Assembly (NCBI RefSeq): GCF_029232205.1
Contig: NZ_CP107255.1
Span: forward strand, 840,001 to 872,000
Direction of reading: 5' to 3'
DNA length: 32,000 nucleotides
From: Candidatus Saccharimonadota bacterium
Lineage (GTDB): Archaea; Nanohalarchaeota; Nanosalinia; Nanosalinales; Nanosalinaceae
Numbering within the stretch: the first letter of the stretch is position 1; each line of letters begins with the position of its first letter. Shown one piece after another: positions 28,302 to 32,000 of the stretch. The notes beneath the pieces are model-generated. The model saw nothing but the letters and a program-made list of their open reading frames with translations. It was not told where the DNA came from and searched no databases. The position numbers and the translations under genes were made by a program.

Positions 28302-28374
28302 AGTCCCCTGGTGTAGTGGCCAATCATGAGAGGCCCTGGCCCTCTCGACGCAGGTTCGAATCCTGCGGGGACTA
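28302..28374 (+). tRNA. tRNA-Gln (anticodon CUG)
   Basis: Hand fold: acceptor AGTCCCC/GGGGACT; anticodon stem AGAGG/CCTCT with loop CCCTGGC; T-arm GCAGG-TTCGAAT-CCTGC; discriminator A. Position 33 is C rather than U. Confidence 0.8.
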
Positions 28375-28416
28375 AACTCATATCTTTCTTTAACCACCTC
28401 AACAAATTCTATCCTG

Positions 28417-29370
28417 ATGCAGGAAGACCCAGAGATAAAACAACACTTCGACCTCAACTCAGTAGACTATGACAGGTACATGGGCACCAACCAGCACGGA
28501 ATGATGCACTACGGAGACCACACAGAATACCAGAGAAACTGGAAAGAAAAAATACTGGCCAAAACAGGCCTCATAACCAGAAAAGAAGTAAAACAGGCAG
28601 TAGTACACAGAGTAGAGGCCCTCGCAGAAAAAGCAGACATACAGCAAGGAGACACCGTACTGGACTCAGGATGCGGCCGCGGAGGAAACACAATCTGGCT
28701 GGCCAAAAACACCAACGCAGAAAAAATAATAGGCCTCGACATCGACAAAGACCTCCTGGAAAAAGCCAGAGAAAACGCCGAAGAAGCAGGAGTAGAAGAA
28801 AAAGTAGAATTCATACACCAGGACTACGATAACCTCCAACTAGACAACTTCGACGTATACTTCGCAATCGAAAGCCAGGCCTACTCCCAAGACGAAAGAA
28901 AACTGGCAGAAAACATCTACAAAGGCCTAAACCCCGGAGGAAGACTGGTAATCACCGACGGATTCCGGACAGAAAAATTCTCCGAAAAACACGAACAAAT
29001 ATCCAGAAAAATGCATATCGGCTGGGGAGTCGACTACATGGCCTACAGATCCAACTTTGAAAGATTCCTCAAACAAGCAGGATTCCAGAACATCCAGGTA
29101 GAACCGCTCATGGAAAAAATAGCTCCCACCTCAAAATACCTGCACAGGGCCTCCGTACTCACAACGCCATACGTACAGCTAAGACTTGAAATAGCAAAAG
29201 GCCTGAACACACTAACAGACAGCATAGGCCTCAACACAGAGAAAAAAGAGAAAGAAGTCAAGAGATACCGCCAGCTCAGAAACCTCACCACCACAGGCCG
29301 CTACCAGTACATCGCCGGTAAAAAAGAGATATTCAACCAGTTCGACTTCTACGCAGAGAAACCCGAGTAA
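28417..29370 (+). CDS. Class I SAM-dependent methyltransferase
   Basis: 317 aa with motif I VLDSGCGRGGNTIWLA, the acidic post-I residue in IIGLDID, and LNPGGRLVITD. The substrate cannot be inferred. Confidence 0.8.
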   Translation: MQEDPEIKQHFDLNSVDYDRYMGTNQHGMMHYGDHTEYQRNWKEKILAKTGLITRKEVKQAVVHRVEALAEKADIQQGDTVLDSGCGRGGNTIWLAKNTNAEKIIGLDIDKDLLEKARENAEEAGVEEKVEFIHQDYDNLQLDNFDVYFAIESQAYSQDERKLAENIYKGLNPGGRLVITDGFRTEKFSEKHEQISRKMHIGWGVDYMAYRSNFERFLKQAGFQNIQVEPLMEKIAPTSKYLHRASVLTTPYVQLRLEIAKGLNTLTDSIGLNTEKKEKEVKRYRQLRNLTTTGRYQYIAGKKEIFNQFDFYAEKPE

Positions 29371-30195
29371 TTAGGCCTCCTTGATAGGATCCACTTCTTC
29401 AATGAACCTCTTAACCTCTTCTTGTGCTGCGACTCGAACACCATACTTCCCTGCTTTACTTCCTCTCACACCAATATTAGAACACATCTCAAGGAAGTCA
29501 TCAAGCAGCGGCCTAGATCTGTTCTTGAAATGAACAACCTTGTAGCCGTCCTCAGATCGCAGGTATATCGAACCATCTGTGTTAGTAAGCCCTCTTAGAC
29601 ATGAATTAGACAGAGCTTTAGAATTTTTTACCCACTCTGGAACTCCTACTTGATGTTTTACCTTATTGCCAGGAACTAGACCCACCTCCTTGAGACCCTC
29701 AACTATCTTCTTTCCGTAAACTCAGATTTATGGCTGATCATGGCTAAATTCTTCAACTGAAGGTTCTTTACTAAGACATTCTTTGATCAAGTAGTTAGCC
29801 CTCGAAATAATCTTTTCTTCCTCAGAGCTGAAAGAAATCTTCAAGTGATGGTTAGACACATGTCTATCGCCACGATCATAGGATTTATCGCTCAAATGTC
29901 CGTCTCCTAAAATCATGCCAACTAGTTCGGCAGTCAACTCATTTTTAATCAGGTCTATCGATGAAAACTTTCCTATCCCATTTTCATACTCTATATATTC
30001 ATACTGAACATCACCGTCATATAGAGTCTTTAGAGCCTCAAAAGAATCACTTGGAATACTTGTTCCCGAATAAAGATGATTTCTGAAGCCGCTATCTATC
30101 TCTGCTGAAATATCATCTAGAGTGAACCCCTCGGCTTTGAGAGAATCATAAACCTTTTGCAGCTCAGACTTAGGGACCTTAACCCTTCTCTCCAT
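29371..30195 (-). pseudogene. LAGLIDADG homing endonuclease (double-motif) interrupted by two in-frame stop codons
   Basis: Track ORFs 29728..30291 and 29371..29685 are in the same frame, separated only by TAA-ATC-TGA (29730..29722). The first carries LVGMILGDGHL and the second LRGLTNTDGSI. The likely start is the ATG at 30195 (MERRVKVPK...). The upstream extension to 30291 overlaps the tRNA and is spurious. Confidence 0.75.
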
Positions 30196-30256
30196 AGAAA
30201 CGCAATAACTAGTTTGTTTTTTAAGAGTTCCAATTCTTATTACGAGATACAGCAAC

Positions 30257-30360
30257 AGTCCCCTGGTGTAGTGGCCAAATACCTTCAACACTATGTTAAG
30301 GTAGGCAATTCATAGCGGCCTTTGGAGCCGCTGACCCAGGTTCGAATCCTGGGGGGACTA
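30257..30360 (+). tRNA. tRNA-Gln (anticodon UUG) carrying a ~31 nt insert (putative non-canonical intron) in the D-loop
   Basis: The first 22 nt (AGTCCCCTGGTGTAGTGGCCAA) are identical to tRNA-Gln(CUG). After the insert comes TCAT-A-GCGGC-CTTTGGA-GCCGC-TGAC-CCAGG-TTCGAAT-CCTGG-GGGGACT-A, a complete cloverleaf once 30279..30309 is removed. Confidence 0.75.
30279..30309 (+). other. Putative D-loop tRNA intron (ATACCTTCAACACTATGTTAAGGTAGGCAAT)
   Basis: Defined by alignment to the intron-less paralog. It contains a 6-bp hairpin, TACCTT (30280..30285) paired with AAGGTA (30298..30303). Boundaries are ambiguous by 1-2 nt because of the flanking A and T runs. Confidence 0.6.
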
Positions 30361-30427
30361 TAATCATTCTCAGATATGTAATTTAGTGTAAAAAACGATA
30401 TTTCTTGCTGGAACAAATTCTCCTTCT

Positions 30428-30751
30428 ATGAGACAGGATGAGGAAAGTGTAGAGGATGTGCTGGAGAACATAAGCCTGTTTTTAAAGGCCTTTGAAGTGG
30501 ATGAGTCTGATATCGGGATTGTTCTTTCGCCGGCGTATGAGAACGTGGATGGCAGGCCTCGATTGGATTATTTTGTGAAGGCCTATACTGATTTGAATCC
30601 GTGTTTGGATGGTTCTGTGTATATTGAGGAAGGTTTTTCTGAGGATGTGTATACTGGCTGGGTGGAGGAGTTTGAGTCAGGTTTTCCGGAGGCCGATGTT
30701 GCTGCGGCTAGTTTTGAGGATTTAGAGCACTTGATGCAGGGTTCGTTGTAG
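30428..30751 (+). CDS. Hypothetical acidic protein with atypical codon usage
   Basis: 107-aa ORF. All 11 Asp codons are GAT, and GAG/GTG/TTT predominate, unlike the GAC/GAA/GTA/TTC preference of the core genes. Confidence 0.45.
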   Translation: MRQDEESVEDVLENISLFLKAFEVDESDIGIVLSPAYENVDGRPRLDYFVKAYTDLNPCLDGSVYIEEGFSEDVYTGWVEEFESGFPEADVAAASFEDLEHLMQGSL

Positions 30752-30836
30752 AAGTACTGTTCTGATGATTTTGTTTTCGTGTAAGAAAGGATATTTTCCA
30801 GTCATTCTGGTATAGTATTTGGAGGGCTGAAGAAAA

Positions 30837-31043
30837 ATGAATGAGGAAGATTTACCTAGCTTCTCGGCTTTAAGTCTTGTAGGAGCTGCAGCAGTGGTTA
30901 TTGTGTACTGGATACATCTTGCATTGATAAACAGGCCTTTGATCAATGAGACAGGGATCAGTTTAACGATATTTGTCTCGGCTTACCTGGCCCAGTACCT
31001 GCCTTTGAGAGCTTTAAGAACCCGACTTTTGACGAAGATGTAA
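30837..31043 (+). CDS. Hypothetical small membrane protein (two predicted TM helices)
   Basis: 68 aa with hydrophobic segments LSLVGAAAVVIVYWIHLALI and ISLTIFVSAYLAQYL. GGAGGG lies 9 nt upstream of the ATG. Confidence 0.4.
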   Translation: MNEEDLPSFSALSLVGAAAVVIVYWIHLALINRPLINETGISLTIFVSAYLAQYLPLRALRTRLLTKM

Positions 31044-31044
31044 G

Positions 31045-31070
31045 CTGGAGTCAATATTTCAAAACTCCAG
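31045..31070 (+). terminator. Hairpin CTGGAGT-N12-ACTCCAG immediately after the stop codon
   Basis: A perfect 7-bp inverted repeat (31045..31051 with 31064..31070) followed by a pyrimidine-rich stretch. Confidence 0.3.
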
Positions 31071-31236
31071 ACACATCTTCCTTCTTTACATTCAAGCCTA
31101 GAATAGGAAGTCCTTAAGCTAAAACAGCAAATACACCAGCAACAATAGATTCAGAGAGCAATACAGTCGCCACATTCTTATTGAAGCAATATACTTAAAT
31201 TTTTGAGGGATAAATGTTTGTTATTGGTGAACAAAA

Positions 31237-31689
31237 ATGCAAGGAGCTCATGAATACGATACCGGCATCCGGTGGAAGGACGGAGTCTCTGATGAGAATG
31301 TCGAGGCCCTGGCAGAGGTAACGGACGATGTAGCTGCTAGGCTTGACTACTTCACGGAACTCTACAGGGATGGAGAGGTAGAAAGAGAAAGAATCGACCG
31401 ACTTGTGGCTCTGGGGGAGAGAGCACTCCGGGCAGAAGGAATCTGGAGGGACGAAACACGAGGCCTCGAGGCCACGTACGAAGAACTTGAATCGCGTGGC
31501 GAAGAAGAAATCAGTGAGGTAGAAGATATTCAGGAAGTCTTTAGCGGAGAAGAACACAGTCTTGAGGACTACAGCAATGAATTCGTGGAAGAGGCCGAAG
31601 CATACAGCAGCGATCCAGAAACCAGGCTATGGAAAGCACAGGAACGATATCGCGAAGCACTGGGAGAACTCAGAGAGCTGGAAAACTAG
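31237..31689 (+). CDS. Hypothetical acidic helical protein
   Basis: 150-aa ORF with GGTGA 6 nt upstream of the ATG. No motif recognised. Confidence 0.5.
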   Translation: MQGAHEYDTGIRWKDGVSDENVEALAEVTDDVAARLDYFTELYRDGEVERERIDRLVALGERALRAEGIWRDETRGLEATYEELESRGEEEISEVEDIQEVFSGEEHSLEDYSNEFVEEAEAYSSDPETRLWKAQERYREALGELRELEN

Positions 31690-31740
31690 GCAGGCCTCCA
31701 AACATCCTACTTTTTTAGATTCAGCCACATAATTTGAACT

Positions 31741-32000
31741 ATGAACCGGAAGAAGGCCTTTCTATTCCTTGCAATGGGAGTTACAGGAGTACTGATCTTC
31801 CTGATGATATCTCCTTACCTGGGCTATCTGCTTACAGGAGGAATACTGGCCTTTATGCTGCATCCAGCGAAAAGATTTTTCGATAACTACACCAAGTACT
31901 CGGCAGCGGCCGTAATAATGATGACATTTCTCATGGCGGTTTTCCCACTGGTACTGACAGCTGGAGCAGTAGCGAACGATGCCAGCGACATGGTATCAAC
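31741..32000 (+). CDS. AI-2E family (PerM/UPF0118-like) membrane transporter, N-terminal fragment; continues beyond the window
   Basis: My translation from ATG 31741 gives MNRKKAFLFLAMGVTGVLIFLMISPYLGYLLTGGILAFMLHPAKRFFDNYTKYSAAAVIMMTFLMAVFPLVLTAGAVANDASDMVS. The pattern of two TM helices flanking LAFxLxP resembles this family. Confidence 0.6.
   Translation, partial: MNRKKAFLFLAMGVTGVLIFLMISPYLGYLLTGGILAFMLHPAKRFFDNYTKYSAAAVIMMTFLMAVFPLVLTAGAVANDASDMVS

Noticed and set aside
30196-30291. N-terminal 32-codon extension of the LAGLIDADG ORF (track start at 30291)
   Set aside because: The extension runs antisense through the 5' half of tRNA-Gln(UUG) and its TATA box. The internal ATG at 30195 (MERRVKVPK...) is the plausible start.
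31195-31557. 120-aa minus-strand ORF antisense to the 31237..31689 ORF
   Set aside because: Its composition is hydrophobic/Phe-Ser-rich and typical of antisense artefacts. The + strand ORF has an SD (GGTGA) at the right spacing and the acidic composition typical of this proteome.

Overview
This window is an archaeal chromosomal segment with moderate G+C and A-rich, T-poor sense strands. It encodes a very acidic proteome, which suggests a salt-in halophile. The compact genes and a non-canonical tRNA intron fit a DPANN/Nanohaloarchaeota-like lineage, but that placement is inference only. The backbone is the conserved archaeal transcription/translation supercluster on the + strand: rpoH, rpoB'', rpoB', rpoA', rpoA'', nusA, rps12, rps7, aEF-2, aEF-1alpha, rps10. 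Lineage-specific insertions break this cluster at four places. They are a GT2-GtrA glycosyltransferase plus an ABC1 kinase; a membrane/tail-anchored protein cassette plus a HAD hydrolase; an orphan ORF; and two small paralogs plus an STT3-like membrane protein. The left edge carries asnB (partial), nucS and radC. The right third carries tRNA-Ser, a CBS/CPA2 antiporter/DtxR module, two tRNA-Gln genes flanking a methyltransferase and a decayed LAGLIDADG endonuclease, several orphan ORFs and a partial AI-2E-family permease. I found no CRISPR array, rRNA gene or recognisable defence system. The observations most worth a second look are: (1) strong over-representation of the palindrome AGGCCT/GGCC; (2) a tRNA-Gln(UUG) interrupted in the D-loop by a ~31 nt insert; (3) a tRNA-Gln(CUG) with C33; (4) a glycosyltransferase whose essential N-terminus has only an SD-preceded ATA as start; (5) a 25-codon basic micro-ORF exactly bridging rpoB'' and rpoB'; (6) a minimal STT3/AglB-like membrane protein lacking WWDYG.
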